Shown: positions 12,066 to 25,864 of the stretch, piece by piece | Position numbering within the stretch: position 1 is the stretch's first letter | Layout of the letters: the number at the start of each line of letters is the position of its first letter | Assembly: GCF_028641065.1 (NCBI RefSeq) | Contig: NW_026576109.1 | Coordinates: forward strand, 1-64,000 | Reading direction: 5' to 3' | From: Leucoraja erinacea | Taxonomy: Eukaryota | DNA length: 64,000 nt | The notes under the pieces: generated by a model | The model's database searches: none | Told to the model about the DNA's origin: nothing | The model's input: the letters and a program-made list of their open reading frames with translations, nothing else | Program-made: the position numbers and the translations under genes

Positions 12066-12890
12066 AAAGCAAGGCAAGGCAACTTTATTTATATAACACA
12101 TTTCATACACGAAGCAGACTCAAAGTGCTTCACATAAAAAACATGTCATACAATAATACGAAATAATAAAATGAAATAAAATAAAAGAATTAAAAGAAAA
12201 TAAAAGAAAAGTGCATTATAAAAAAGTACAAAAGTTAAGAGTGCAATGTAGTTAAGATTTAGCTGAAAGCTAAAGTAAACATTAAATGTTTTCAGTCTTG
12301 TTTTAAAGTGCTTAAAGTTGAGGCAAGTCTTAAATCTTCAGGAAGTTTATTCCAGCTATGTGTGGCATAGTAACTAAATCCTGCTTTCCCATGTTTTGTA
12401 TTTACCCTGGGAATGACTAACAGATTGGTCTCAGAAGATCTTAGCGGTCTAGAAGGCTTATATAGTGGAACCATGTCAGTGATACACTTTGGCCATAATC
12501 CATGTAGTAATTTATAGGTGAGCAGCGTGATATTGAAATCAATTCTCTGACATACAGGGAGCCAATGTAAGGTTTTAAGAATTGGTGTAATGTGTTCAAA
12601 TGTCTTTGTCTTTGTTAGAACTCTAGCAACAGCGATCTGAACAAGCTGTAGCTGCCTGACAGTTTTTTTCGCAAGACCTGCAAGGAGACCGTTACAATAA
12701 TCTAGCCTACTAGTAATAAAGGCATGTACAAGTTTTTCTAAGTCTTGAGCTGACATGAGTCCTCTTAGTCTTGCTCCGTTTTTGAGGTGATATTAGGCCG
12801 ATTTTGTTACTGAATTGATGTGACTGTCGAAATGTAAATCTGAATCCATAATAACCCCGAGATTTCTGGCATTGTTTGAGCTTTGTTTTA
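12066..12890 (-). mobile_element. L2-clade LINE 3' fragment nested in CR1
   Basis: LVHAFITSRLDYCN..LHWLPV..RSS..WNKLP; (TTGCC)n tail; CR1 sequence resumes on both sides. Confidence 0.85.
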
Positions 12891-14100
12891 GTATACGAGT
12901 AGATGTCCTTCTGCGGTTGTACAGGGCCTGTGTGAGACAACGTCTGGATGTGCAGTTTTGGTCTCCTAAATAGGGGAACGACATCCTTGCTATGGAGGGA
13001 GTACAGCGAAGGTTCACCAGGTTAATCCCCGGTATGGCGGGACTGTTATGTGGGGAAAGGTTGGAAAGACCTGGATTGCATTCACTGGAATTTAGAAGGA
13101 TGAGAGGAGATCTTGCAGAAACAGAAACAAGTATAAAAGGACTGGTCAAGCTAGATGCAGGAACGATGTTCCAAATGCTGGCGGGGTCCAGAACCTGAAT
13201 GCACAGAACCAAGAGTAAAGGGGAGATCATTTAAAACTGAGAATTGTGAATTTGTGGGAATCTCTATCACAGAAGGCAATGGAGCCAATTCACTGGATGA
13301 AATTAAAAGAGAGCTAGATAGAGCTCTTGGGGCTTGGGGAATCAAGAGGAACGGGGAGAAGGCAGGCACGTGTTACTGATAGTGGATGAGCAGCCATGAT
13401 CAATATGCATGGCGGTGCTGGCTCGAAGGGCCATATAACCATTTAACCATATAACCATATAACAATAACAGCACGGATACAGGCCATCTCTACCCTTCTA
13501 GTCCGTGCCGAACCTGCGCTCAGACCATAACCCTCCATTCCTTTCCCTCAACTGTGGCAGAGAATTCCACAGATTCACCACTCTCTGTGTGAAAAATGTT
13601 TTTCTCATCTCGGTCCTAATAGAATTCCCCCTTATCATTAAACGGTGACCCCTTGTTCTGGACCTCCCCAACATCGGGAACAATCATCCTGTATCTAGCC
13701 TGTCCAACCCCTTAAGAATTTTGTAAGTTTCCATAAGATCCCCCCTCAATCTTCTAAATTGTTCCTATGTTTCTAAATGGCCGACCACTTATTCGTAAAC
13801 TGGGACCTCTGTTTCTGGACTCTCTCAATATCCGGAACATTTTTCCTGCATCTAGCCGGTCCAATATTCTTGCTCTTGTAGGAATGCAGCGTAGGTTCAC
13901 GTGGTTAATTTCCAGGTTGTCATATGCTGAGAGAATGGGGCGGCTGGGTTTGTATATTCTGTAATTCAGAAGAATGAGAGGGAATCTTATTGAAACATAT
14001 AATATTATTAAAGCTTTGGACACGCAAAAGGCATGAGTCATGTTCCCAAAGTTGGGGGAGTCCAGAACCAGGGGCCACAGTATAAGAATAAGGTGAAGCT
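12890..14100. mobile_element. Cluster of CR1 3' fragments in both orientations
   Basis: EGVQRRFTRLIPGM and RVVNLWNSLP motifs. Confidence 0.75.
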
Positions 14101-14282
14101 GAGTATTACATGGAAAACAGTAGATGTTTGTTCAAAAGTGTGTAAGTAATGTCCACAGGGATGTAATCTCGTTGCCTGTTTTTCCCTTTGTCTACATGAT
14201 AAATATGCCAGATATTTGTTTGTTTCGCTGACAACCGCTGAGCGGCAGCACAAGGAGTGATCGCCTGGACCGTCGCATTAAA

Positions 14283-16763
14283 ATGTATTATGAGGAGATC
14301 ACGGATATAGAAAATGTGTATTACCCGATTCTGGCAGTAATCGGTATACCTGGTAGGTAATTGTCGGTACATCTCATGGAACTAACAAAGACTGTTTTAA
14401 ACGCGCAGAATATTAAAGGTTAAGAGAACATACCGAATAACTAGCAGGCGTTAGGGCTGCACGGCGGCGCAGCGTTAGACCAACTGTCTTACAGCGGATG
14501 TCTGTGCGGAGTTTGTACCTTGTCCCCGTAACCTTTTAGGTTTTCCGCCAGATTTTCGGTTACCTCCCACGCTCCATAAAAGTAAAATAAATTGTCGCTG
14601 GTGTGTGGCGGCTCGTGTTAGTGTGCGCGACCGGCGCGGATTACGTGGGCTGTTTTCCTGTTTTCGCGCTGTATTCCTAAACTAAAATAAACTAAGCAAT
14701 GTACATCTTAGGAGCGAGGAAACGCGATGGTGTATGTGATGGATGCCGCTCATTGGCGTTGGCAGGAATGTAGTTTCGCGGCTGTTTACTGAAATCAATG
14801 CCGGTCGGTGAAGCGAAACTTCGTCCTCGCTGTGAGTGGCAGTTTCTGTTCCACTGCGCGTACTGCACTCGGCAGAACGAGAAATACACCCCGTCCAGTC
14901 ATTTGACACTGCATTTTATGATTCGCTCTTAAATTCTCATAGGGATAATTTCGCAGAGACAGGTTTGAAGGTCGTACGTACAACCTGTTCCACAAAATCG
15001 GAGTGCAGATAAAATAAACTACACGTGCAGATATCTTGCAGTGGAACCAAATAACTGGTTAACTCAGCCAGTCTTGCAGCATCTCTGGAGGACCGACGCA
15101 GTCGACGTATCGGGTTGGGATCATTGTTCCGATCAGAGTCTGAAGAAGGGGCTCGAGTTGATACGTCGCCTATCTATGTCCTCCAGAGATATTGCTTCCG
15201 CCACTGAGATACTCCAGCACCTTTTCTTGTCAGGGACAGAACAATGGTCCGCCCGCTGTTCGGCAGAAAATACTTGCCCGTTATGTTTTCAGCCTTGTTT
15301 GTGAAGGGTGTTTGTAATTATATTTGCTGCGCTTCCCTGAAATCCTTTCATGTTGGAAAATTAAATCACATATTTGATATTGGGAGGATCCCCTCTTCAT
15401 TCTGATTTAATAGACGGTAATTTGGATTGTTAATTCCATTTTTCAGAGACACTGACTGACCGGTTGAAAATATTGTATATTTTACATCAACGATGGATGT
15501 TACATCAACATCAAGCGATTGGTATAATGATGTGAAGATTACTACATAAGGCAACCCCGATAATTTTGGTAAACGGGATTTTATTCATTTGCAGACTAAA
15601 TTCCTGATTTCTAAAATCGGATTGTCCTTTGTACCAATATTTTCATCTTTATGTAATTATTTTCTACATAAGGCAATGCCACTAATTTTGGTAATCAGGA
15701 ATTTAATAAATTACTGATTGAACATAGTTCTGGCAAACGTTTGACGGGTGACTGTCCCAAATATTGATTAATTAAATAAATAGTCTCTACCACTGGCGAC
15801 ACAGGTTTAAATTACTCCGTCTGCTCCCATGCCACCAACCTATACACCACACAATCAATCAGTTTCTGTTTTCATTCTTTCCCAGTGAATCTGATGGCGA
15901 TTGTGATCCTGTCCCGTGGCAAGTGCGGCCTCTCCAAGTGCATCACTCGTTACATGGTAGCCATGGCGACCGCGGACCTCTCTGTGCTTCTCATTGACGT
16001 GGTATTTCGTCGGATTGCTGATATGTATTGGTGGCCTACTTCATTGACCTACACTCCTGTGTGTAAAATAATACTCTACCTGGCTCCCGTGTCGGTGGAC
16101 TGTTCTGTATGGTTCACAGTCGCTTTCACATTTGATCGCTTTATTGCGATTTCTACTAAGAATATGAAGGCCAAATATTGCACCGAGAGAACCGCGTCGA
16201 TTGTTATTCTGACAGTGACCCCGTTCGTCTGCCTTCTGAATACACCTTTGCCCTTCGCATACGTTTCTTATTCCCCAACTGAACTGAATCTGGGCTGCGT
16301 CAAAGATGTATATTTTTACATGCGTCACGAATGGATGGTGTTCTCTTGGATCGAACAGTTGTTCACCCCGGTGATTCCATTCTGCCTGATTTTGTTGTTT
16401 AACGCGCTCACCGTCAGACGTATTTCCGTGGCCAGTCGGGTCCGCAGGAGCCTCCGAGCTCTCAGCGGTGGGGAGAAAAAGAAAGACCAGGAGATGGTGA
16501 ACCGCAGACGCTCGGTCGTTTTACTTCTGGCAATCTCGAGCTCCTTCATCCTGCTCTGGGCCACAAGTGTCGCACATTTTATTGCGCTTCGATGGTTTAA
16601 TTTCTCCTTACGCAGGTCCTCGCCAAACCCCCTGTTCGAATTTGAAAAGGTTGGATTTATGCTTCAGCTCCTGAGCTCCTGCACCAACACGGCCATTTAC
16701 ACCGTGACACAGCGCAAGTTCAGAGATGAGTTGGTCCGTGTGCTAACATATCCATTCCGTTGA
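14283..16763 (+). CDS. GPR139/GPR142-like class A GPCR copy 2, join(14283..14352,15886..16763), 315 aa
   Basis: Exon 1 MYYEEITDIENVYYPILAVIGIP ends CCTG|gtaggt (phase 1). Acceptor cccag|TGAAT gives ...GIPVNLMAIVIL. Hydrophobic 7TM pattern, DRF motif, TM7 NTAIY, Cys in TM3 and ECL2. Confidence 0.9.
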
Positions 16764-17175
16764 GCTAAAAATATAGGGCAATTGGTAAAACAATATCATT
16801 AAAATAATATCACAACAACACGCGAGTGGTTTGATTATCGGATTTATGTGAAAATACAAACATTTAGTTTAAACATTAGTTCTGCAGCTGCTGGAACAAT
16901 GGAAGGTAGACAAAATGCTGGAGAAACTCAGCGGGTGAGGCTTCGACTATGGAGCGAAGGAACAGGTTACATTTCGGGTTGAGACCCTTCTTCAGGCTGA
17001 TGTTGGGGTGGGGGGCGGGGGTGCTTCGCTCCACAGATGCTGCCTCACCCGCTGTGTTTTTCCAGCATTTTTGTCACCCTTCCATTTATCCTGCATCTGC
17101 AGTTCTTTCTTAATCAAATGAAACCTGTGCGTGTTCCTTGTTGATGAATGGTAGAAGAATGGTAGAACATCTGCA

Positions 17176-17680
17176 TTATAAAATGTTCAGCAGAGCTGTC
17201 ACACCCTGAAGTAGGCACGCCTGCACGCTTATGGCGGACACGTTAATGAAATGAAACGGCATGTCAGCCACGCTCACGGCCAGATAGAGCAAACGACCTG
17301 GCACAATTTCCTGCATCTTCAGGATCACTGGCTGGGATGTCAGGGGCAACAGGAAGGCCACACCACTCGAATTTGTGCTGAGGTGGCTCTTCCCATTCCA
17401 TGAGACAGGAGGCTTCATCACTGACAACAGTATGCGCCTCTTGCAGAAAACAGACCGATATATCCCCTCTTTGACGACTGATAGATGATGACATCTGCGA
17501 AGGTCCCGCCTTCCGCCATTAATGGTTAGGCTATCAACTGCGATCTTCATGTTGAAGTCATACTCAGGTTTTTCCCTCACACCCTCGTAGGAGTGGGGCT
17601 CCTCTCTTATAGGAGCTTCGCAAGGTCCCCAAACTGACGCGTCTCAGACTCGGGAAGGCCACTAACTTTACTGCGAAGGA
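17176..17680 (-). mobile_element. Tx1/L1-clade LINE endonuclease N-terminus, frameshifted
   Basis: MKIA..SL.ING, VCFLQEAH, SSGVAFLL, VPGRLL and HFINV.A APE-endonuclease motifs across two frames. Confidence 0.75.
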
Positions 17681-18671
17681 TAATAATAATAATAATACAT
17701 TTTATTTATGGGCGCCTTTCAAGAGTCTCAAGGACACCTTACAAAAATTTAGCAGGTAGAGGAAAAACATGTAAGGGGAATGAAATAAATAGTAGAGACA
17801 GGACTAGTACACAAAGTAAAGACAGAATTCAATACAAAACACAATATGAGGCAATTAATGCACAGATGAAAACGGAGGGGGACGTGGGGCTAAGGATAGT
17901 CAGAGGTGAAGAGATGGGTCTTGAGGCGGGACTGGAAGATGGTGAGGGACACGGAATTGTGGATCAGTTGGTGGAGGGAGTTCCAGAGCCTGGGAGCTGC
18001 CCTGGAGAAGGCTCTGTCCCCAAAACTGCGGAGGTTGGACTTGTGGATGGGGAGGAGACCGGCTGATGTGGATCTGAGGGACCGTGAGTGTTGGTAGGGG
18101 GAGAGGAGGTCAGTGAGATATGTGGGGGCCAGGTGGTGGAGGGCTTTGTAGGTGGGGATCAGGATTTTGTAAGTGATCCGGTGGGAGATGGGAAGCCAGG
18201 GAAGTTGTTTGAGGACTGCAGTGATGTGATGCCAGGATTTGGTGTGGGTGATGAGTCGGGCGGCTGCATTCTGGACCAGTTGGAGTCGGTTGATGTAGGT
18301 GGAGCTGATGCCAAGGAGAAGTGAGTTGCAATAGTCCAGTCGGGAGGAGACGAAGGCATGGATGAGTCTTTCAGCAGCGGGAGGTGTGAGGGAGTGTCTG
18401 AGTTTGGCGATGTTGCGGAGATGAAAGAAGGATGTTTTAATGACATGGCGGATGTGAGGCTCAAGGGAGAGGGTGGAATCAAAGATCACACCAAGGTTGC
18501 GGGCCTGGGGAGATGGGGAGACAGTGGTGCCGTCGATTGTGAGAGTGGGGTTATTGATTTTGCTGAGTGTGGCTTTGGAGCCTATGAGGACGAATTCTGT
18601 TTTATCGCTGTTGAGTTGAGGAAATTATGTTGCATCCAGGTTTTTATAGCTGACAACACAGGAGTTGATAT

Positions 18672-18717
<46 letters not shown>

Positions 18718-19170
18718 GGGGTGGGGGGATTTGGTGCCAAGGTAGATCTAGGTGTCATCAGAGTAACAGTGGACGTTCAGGTTGAAGTGACGGAGTATCT
18801 GACCAAGGGGGAGGATGTAGATGATGAAGAGGAGGGGGCCGAGTACGGAGCCTTGGGGAACGCCTTGAGTGACTGTGGCTGTAGCAGAGGTGTGGTTGTG
18901 GAGAGAGATGAAGTGGGATCTGTTGGAAAGGTAGGAACGGAACCAGCTGAGAGCGGTACCTTCAATGCCGTGGTCTTTGAGTCTGGTGAGCAGGATGTTA
19001 TGGTTCACTATATCGAAGGCTGCGTTCAGGTCGAGGAGGATGAGGATGTTGAGGGAACCAGTGTCAGTAGAGGTGAGGAGGTCGTTGAGGACTTTGAGGA
19101 GAGCAGTTTCTGTGCTATGGAGGGGGCGAAAGCCAGATTGGAGGGGTTCAAATAGGTTATATGGCATCAA
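17681..19170 (-). mobile_element. L2-clade LINE RT and 3' end with (TTA)n tail
   Basis: [40 protein letters not shown] and SRLDYCNS motifs. Confidence 0.9.
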
Positions 19171-19794
19171 GTGCCCGGTTAGGTTTCGTCAGATCCGGCC
19201 ACTGTTTGCCAGCTGTCTGGACGTGTGCTCCTGCTGAACTTGTTTGCTTTCAGAAATTCCCGCATGTGCCAGATAACGGCCCCAAAAGACACAGCACTGG
19301 AATTCAGGCATTCTGCCAACCCACTGATACGTGAAGCAGCATCTTCCCCCTCACTACGCTCAAGCTCTGAGTACGGAGGGCTGCAGCTGGCTGCTAGCTC
19401 GCTCGCTCCACTGCATAAGCTGGATACATCGGGCTTCCCCACCTCCAGCATGATCCCACCCCCGGGATATGTGTCGAGGGAGGATCCCGATATCTCTGAC
19501 AGCGATGAGCTGGACAGTGAATGGCCAGGGTCCTGTACTCTCCCACCGCCTCCTACAACTGTGGAGCAATAGTGGAGCTGATTCAGAGAGTCGGGATCCG
19601 GTGATTGAACCAATCCTTCTGGGAAAGATCATGCAGACCCATTTCTATTGTGTTCCTATTCCACCCGGCTTGGACCGTGATCACGTATTGGATCCCCACC
19701 CCCCAAGTCAACATGAAGCTCCATCTCGAATGACCCCGGAGACGCAGCCTAAACGCAGCTGCGCGGCTCCGAGCCCGAGACCGTGCCGCCGCTA

Positions 19795-22700
19795 TCCTGA
19801 CAGGATAGGGAAAAAAATTAGGGAAAAAAAGAGAAGAGGTCCTGAAAGAAGAATTTAGGGAGTTAGGTAGAGAGTTAAGGAGAAGGACTGGAAAGGTAAC
19901 AATCTCAGGATTACTGCCTGTGCCACGCGACAGTGAGAGTATGAATGGAGCGAGGTGGAGGATAAATGCGTGGATGAGGGCCTGGTGCAGTGGGTATGGA
20001 TTCAAGTTTCTGGATCATTGGGACCTCTTTTGGGGAAGGTGCGACCTGCACAGAAAGGACGGGTTGCACTTGAACTCAAGGGGGACCAATATCCTGGCGG
20101 GGAGATTTGCAAAGGCTACTGGGGAGACTTTAAACTAGTATGGTTGGGGGGAGGGACTCAAATTGGGAAAGCTAGCAGTCAGTGTGTGAAGCAGGGGGGC
20201 AGAGAATGGTAGCACTCTGACCCAAAATGTAGGGGAGAGAGAAGAAAAAGAAAATAATCAGAGAATAAGAGAGGGTGGGTTTCTTAAATGTGTATATTTT
20301 AATGCTAGGAGCATTGTAAGAAAAGTGGATGAACTTAGAGCCTGGATTGACACCTGGAAGTATGATGTTGTGGCGATCAGTGAAACATGGTTGCAGGAGG
20401 GCTGTGATTGGAAACTAAATATTCCATGATTTCGTTGCTTCAGGTGTGATAGAATTGGAGGGGCAAGAGGTGGAGGTGTTGCATTGCTTATCAGGGAAGA
20501 TATTACAGCAGTGCTTTGGCAGGATAGATTTGAGGGCTCGTCTAGGGAGGCTATTTGGGTGGAACTGAGAAATGGGAAAGGAGTAGCAACACTTATAGGG
20601 GTGTATTATAGACCGCCAAATGGGGAGCGAGAATTGGAAGAGCAAATATGTAAGGATATTGCAGATATTAGTAGTAAGCACAAGGTAGTGATTGTGGGAG
20701 ATTTCAATTTTCAACATATAGACTGGGAAACACATTCTGTAAATGGGCTGGATGGGTTGGAGTTTGTAAAATGTGTGCAGGATAGTTTTTTGCAACAATA
20801 CATAGAAATACCTACTAGAGAAGGGACGGTACTGGACCTCCTGTTAGGAAATGAGATGGGTCAGGTGGCAGAGGTATGCGTTGGGGAACAGTTCGGGTCC
20901 AGTGATCACAATACCATTAGTTTCAATATAATTATGGAGAGGGACAAAACTGTACCTAGGGTTGAGATTTTTGATTGGAGAAAGGCTAACTCTGAGGAGA
21001 TGCGAAAGGATTTAAAAGGAGTAAATTGGGACAGTTTGTTTTATGGGGAAGATGTGGAAGAGAAATGGAGTACCTTTAAAGGTGACATTTTAAGAGTACA
21101 CAATCTTTATGTCCCTGTTCGGCTGAAAGGAAATCGTAAAAATTGTAAAGAGCCATGGTTTTCAAGGGAAATTGGACACTTGGTTCGGAAAAAAAAAAAA
21201 GAAAAAAGAGGGAGATCTACAATAATTATAGGCAGCATGGAGTAAATGAAGTGATTGAGGAGTATAAAGAATGTAAAAAGAATCTTAAGAAAGAAATCAG
21301 TAAAGCTGAAAGAAGATATGAGGTTGTTTTGGCAAGTAAGGTAAAAGTAAATCCGAAGGGTTTCTACCGCTATATTAATAGCAAAAGGATAACGAGGGAT
21401 AAAATTGGTCCATTAGAGAGTCAGAGTGGACAACTATCTGCAGAGCCAAAAGAGATGGGGGAGATATTGAACAGTTTCTTTTCTTCGGTATTCACCAAGG
21501 AGAAGGATATTGAATTATGTGAGGTACGGGAAACAAGTAGAGTAGCTATGGAAACTATGAGGATCAACGAAGAGGAAGTAGTGACACTTTTGAGAAATAT
21601 AAAAGTGGATAAGTCTCCAGGTCCGGACAGGATATTCCCTAGGACATTGAGGGAAGTTAGTGTAGAAATAGCAGGGGCTATGGCAGAAATATTTCAAATG
21701 TCATTAGAAACGGGAATAGTACCGGAGGATTGGCGTACTGCGCATGTTGTTCTTGTTTAAAAAGGGGTCTAAGAGTAAACCTAGCAATTATAGACCTGTT
21801 AGTTTGACGTCAGTGGTGGGCAAATTAATGGAAATAATACTTAGAGATAATATATATAAGCATCTGGATAAACAGGGTCTTATTAGGAACAGTCAACATG
21901 GATTTGTGCCTGGAAGGTCATGTTTAACTAATCTTCTTTAATTTTTTGAAGATGTTACTCGGGAAATTGATGAGGGTAAAGCAGTGGATGTTGTGTATAT
22001 GGACTTCAGTAAGGCCTGTGACAAGATTCCTCATGGAAGGTTGGTTAAGAAGGTTCAATGGTTGGGTATTAATGGTGGAGTCGCAAGATGGATTCAACAG
22101 TGGCTGAATGGGAGATGCCAGAGAGTAATGGTGGATGGTTTTTTGTCAGGTTGGAGGCCAGTGACGAGTGGGGTGCCACAGGGATCTGTGTTGGGTCCAC
22201 TGTTGTTTGTCATGTACATCAATGATCTGGATGATGGTGTGGTAAATTGGATTAGTAAGTATGCAGATGATACTAAGATAGGTGGGGTTGCAGGTAATGA
22301 AGTAGAGTTTCAAAGTCTACAGAGAGATTTATGCCAGTTGGAAGAGTGGGCTGAAAGATGGCAGATAGAGTTTAATGCTGATAAGTGTGAGGTGCTACAT
22401 CTTGGCAGGACAAATCAAAATAGGACGTACATGGTAAATGGTAGGGAATTGAAGAATGTAGGTGAACAGAGGGATCTGGGAATAACTGTGCACAGTTCCC
22501 TGAAAGTGGAATCTCATGTAGATAGGGTGGTAAAGAAAGCTTTTGGTGTGCTGGCCTTTATAAATCAGAGCATTGAGTATAGAAGTTGGGATATAATGTT
22601 AAAATTGTACAAGGCATTGGTGAGGCCAATTCTGGAGTATGGTGTCGCCTAATTATAGGAAGGGTGTCAACAAAATAGAGAGAGTACAGAGGAGATTTAT

Positions 22701-23178
22701 TAGAATGTTGCCTGGGTTTCAGCAACTAAGTTACAGAGAAAGGTTGAACAAGTTAGGGCTTTATTCTTTGGAGCGCAGAAGGTTGAGGGGGGACTTGATA
22801 GAGGTTTTTTAAAATGATGAGAGGGATAGACAGAGTTGACGTGGAAAAGCTTTTCCCACTGAGAGTAGGGAAGATTCAAACAAGGGGACATGACTTGAGA
22901 ATTAAGGGACTGAAGTTTAGGGGTAACATGAGGGGGGACGTCTTTACTCAGAGAGTGGTAGCTGTGTGGAATGTGCTTCCAGTGAAGGTGGTGGAGGCAG
23001 GTTCGTTTTTATCATTTAAAAATAAATTGGATAGTTATATGGACGGGAAGGGAATGGAGGGTTATGGTCTGAGCGCAGGTATATGGGACTAGGGGAGAAC
23101 ACGTGTTCGGCACGGACTAGAAGGTTCGAGATGACCTGTTTCCGTGCTGTAATTGTTATATGGTTATATGGTTATATG
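19795..23178 (+). mobile_element. 5'-truncated CR1 LINE (SGNH-esterase ORF1 end, APE and RT ORF2, (TTATATGG)n tail), frameshifted
   Basis: DGLHLN, YRPPN, GDFN, SDHN and YADDTKIGG motifs. Confidence 0.92.
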
Positions 23179-23604
23179 GACAGGGCTACACACCAGCACC
23201 GCAGATAACAGCAGTATCAGCTCAAGAGCGATCTGTAAGTCACTCTCAGCAGATGCTTTTCTCTCCAGCCGAGCAAGTAAATACCCCACGCCCACCTTCT
23301 CTGCCGAGAGCATCTCTTGGGAGGCATCTCAGGCCTTCCGAGCGTCCGAAATCTGCCGGATTCGATAAGTACCTTCTCTTCGTTTAAGCACCGGCGACCT
23401 GCTCTGGGCACATCGGTATGGGAGCAGGGTTATGGTGCTAGAAACGATATAAACACCGACACTTTCCGACTCCCGGTCACCAGGAGTCGGAAAAGGAAGT
23501 TTTCCGCAGTCCGACGTTAGGTCAGACTTGGAACTCTCGCTGCCTCTGTCCCTCATCCCTCCGGCAAAAACTTTTGAAAGTTCGTTTCGAAACTTCTCGG
23601 CGTC

Positions 23605-23997
23605 NNNNNNNNNNNNNNNNNNNNNNNNNNNNNNNNNNNNNNNNNNNNNNNNNNNNNNNNNNNNNNNNNNNNNNNNNNNNNNNNNNNNNNNNNNNNNNNN
23701 NNNNNNNNNNNNNNNNNNNNNNNNNNNNNNNNNNNNNNNNNNNNNNNNNNNNNNNNNNNNNNNNNNNNNNNNNNNNNNNNNNNNNNNNNNNNNNNNNNNN
23801 NNNNNNNNNNNNNNNNNNNNNNNNNNNNNNNNNNNNNNNNNNNNNNNNNNNNNNNNNNNNNNNNNNNNNNNNNNNNNNNNNNNNNNNNNNNNNNNNNNNN
23901 NNNNNNNNNNNNNNNNNNNNNNNNNNNNNNNNNNNNNNNNNNNNNNNNNNNNNNNNNNNNNNNNNNNNNNNNNNNNNNNNNNNNNNNNNNNNNNNNN
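23605..23997. other. Assembly gap (other gaps: 4291-4422, 4829-5196, 40238-40643, 41283-41475)
   Basis: Runs of N. Confidence 1.
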
Positions 23998-25833
23998 ACA
24001 TGCAATCTCCGTGCAGCCACCACTCGGAGTCTGGATCGGATTCGGGTCCCTGGTGCTAAACGCGCTGTTAGGCAGCACCGTTACCGTTGTGCCACCGTGG
24101 AGAAAATCACTGACGAATATCCGCGAGGTCAAACTCTGATTATGAAAGTGAAATTGGAAATATTCCAGGCTGTGGGAACAATCAAAGCGAGCACGGAATA
24201 ATAGTGGAGCTGATTCAGTGAGTCGGGATCCGGTGAATGAGACAAATTACCTTTGTCGGTTCTCTAGCATTTTGTAATTGGTTCTTGGCGTTAAAACAAT
24301 AGAACTAGTCATTCTCCCCACAGCTTGACTGAAGTGTATCCCTTCCTGGATATAGTCAAGGTTCAACGGTGTAATTAGGCCATTCGGCCCATCAGGCCCA
24401 CTCAGCCATTCAATAATGGCTGAACTATGTCACCCTCCGAACCCCATTCTCCTGCCTTCTCCGCAATGTCAAAACCTCCGACGCCTCGACTAATCAAAAA
24501 TCTATCTATCGCTGCCTTATTTTCCCCCTGACTTGGCCTCCACAGCCTTCTGTGTTTAACAACTGGAAGGTCATCTTTTAAGTGGAATTTACACAACCCG
24601 GGATAAATGCTTTGCCCTTTATGAATCAAGAGTTGTTTTTTTTTTTTTTTGCTTCACTGGACCACGTCCTTCTACATTTTACTTTCGTTTAATTGAAGAA
24701 CAGTTTTGGTTTTCAATCTTGGTCGCCCGCTTTTTGCTGCTTGCGGTTCATATTTCCCCCTCCAGAGAACCGTTTCAACAGGTCTGCCAGCTGTCGTTTA
24801 ATTTCAGTTAGTGGAATGTTTACAGAGGGTTCAGCTTCACTCACAGCCCATCTATTCTCCCGCCAACCTCCCTCTGTTTCTTGGAGTAAGAAATAGATTG
24901 TTTCCCAGGCTTTCGCTCACAGCGGGCGTGGATCAATCCCATAGATTTTATGGGATAAATGCATAAGCCAGTTGTAATGATAAGGCGGTTAGCATGACTT
25001 CAATAGTTGGTAAGATTTTTGAGACGATTATTAAAAATGCGGTTCAGTGCTATCTGGAAGCACATGATAAAATCTGCGACGTCAGCGAGAACTAGTCAGG
25101 GGGGGGGGGGGGTTCTTTCCCCACAAATCTGTTGAAATTGTTTTATGAAAGTAACAAGCAGGATGGACAAAGGAAAGTCAGAAATGCAGCTTTCTTGGTG
25201 CCGGACGCGAAGCGGATAATTAAAATTGGAGTATTGGTGTTAGAGATGAGGTTTCAAGCTGGACAGAGGATAGGCTTCTGTTGCAGGGCAAAATATTGGA
25301 ATAGAAGTGATATTTTCCGCTTGCTGCCTTTGAGTAATGGGTCAATGATGGGTCCACTACTTTCCCCGTTGTATGTTTACGATATGGACGATGCAATTGA
25401 TGGATTGCCGGCTGATATCGCGGACGATGCATGGAGTCTGCAGAGTTACTTGAACAGGGTGGGAGAGGGGGATAAATAAGTGGCAGATGGAATACTACAC
25501 AGCACACTATAGGGGCATGCACGTTGGCGGAAGGAATACCGACGTCGACAATTTTCTAAATGGGGAGAGAATTCAGAAATGGAGGTGCAAAGGGACTTGG
25601 GAATGTTGGTTCGGGAATTCCAAAATGTGACTTTGTAGAGTGGATCGGCGGTGAGGGAGACTCTTTCAATGTTGGCATTTATTTCGAGATGACTAGAATA
25701 TAAAAGCCGGGATGTAATGTCGATGTTATTAAGGCACCGATTTGATCAAATTTGTTCAAAACTCAGCGGGTGAAGCGAGCGAAGGAAATAGGCAGTATTT
25801 CGGTTCGAGATCCTTCTTCAGGCTAATCTGAGA

Positions 25834-25864
<31 letters not shown>

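Noticed and set aside
18358-19155. 265-aa plus-strand ORF
   Set aside because: Antisense frame of the L2 reverse transcriptase, spanning a poly-G run.
24060-24110. Minus-strand peptide HGGTTVTVLP resembling a J segment
   Set aside because: No F/W/D-G-x-G motif, no upstream RSS and no splice donor after it; probably chance.
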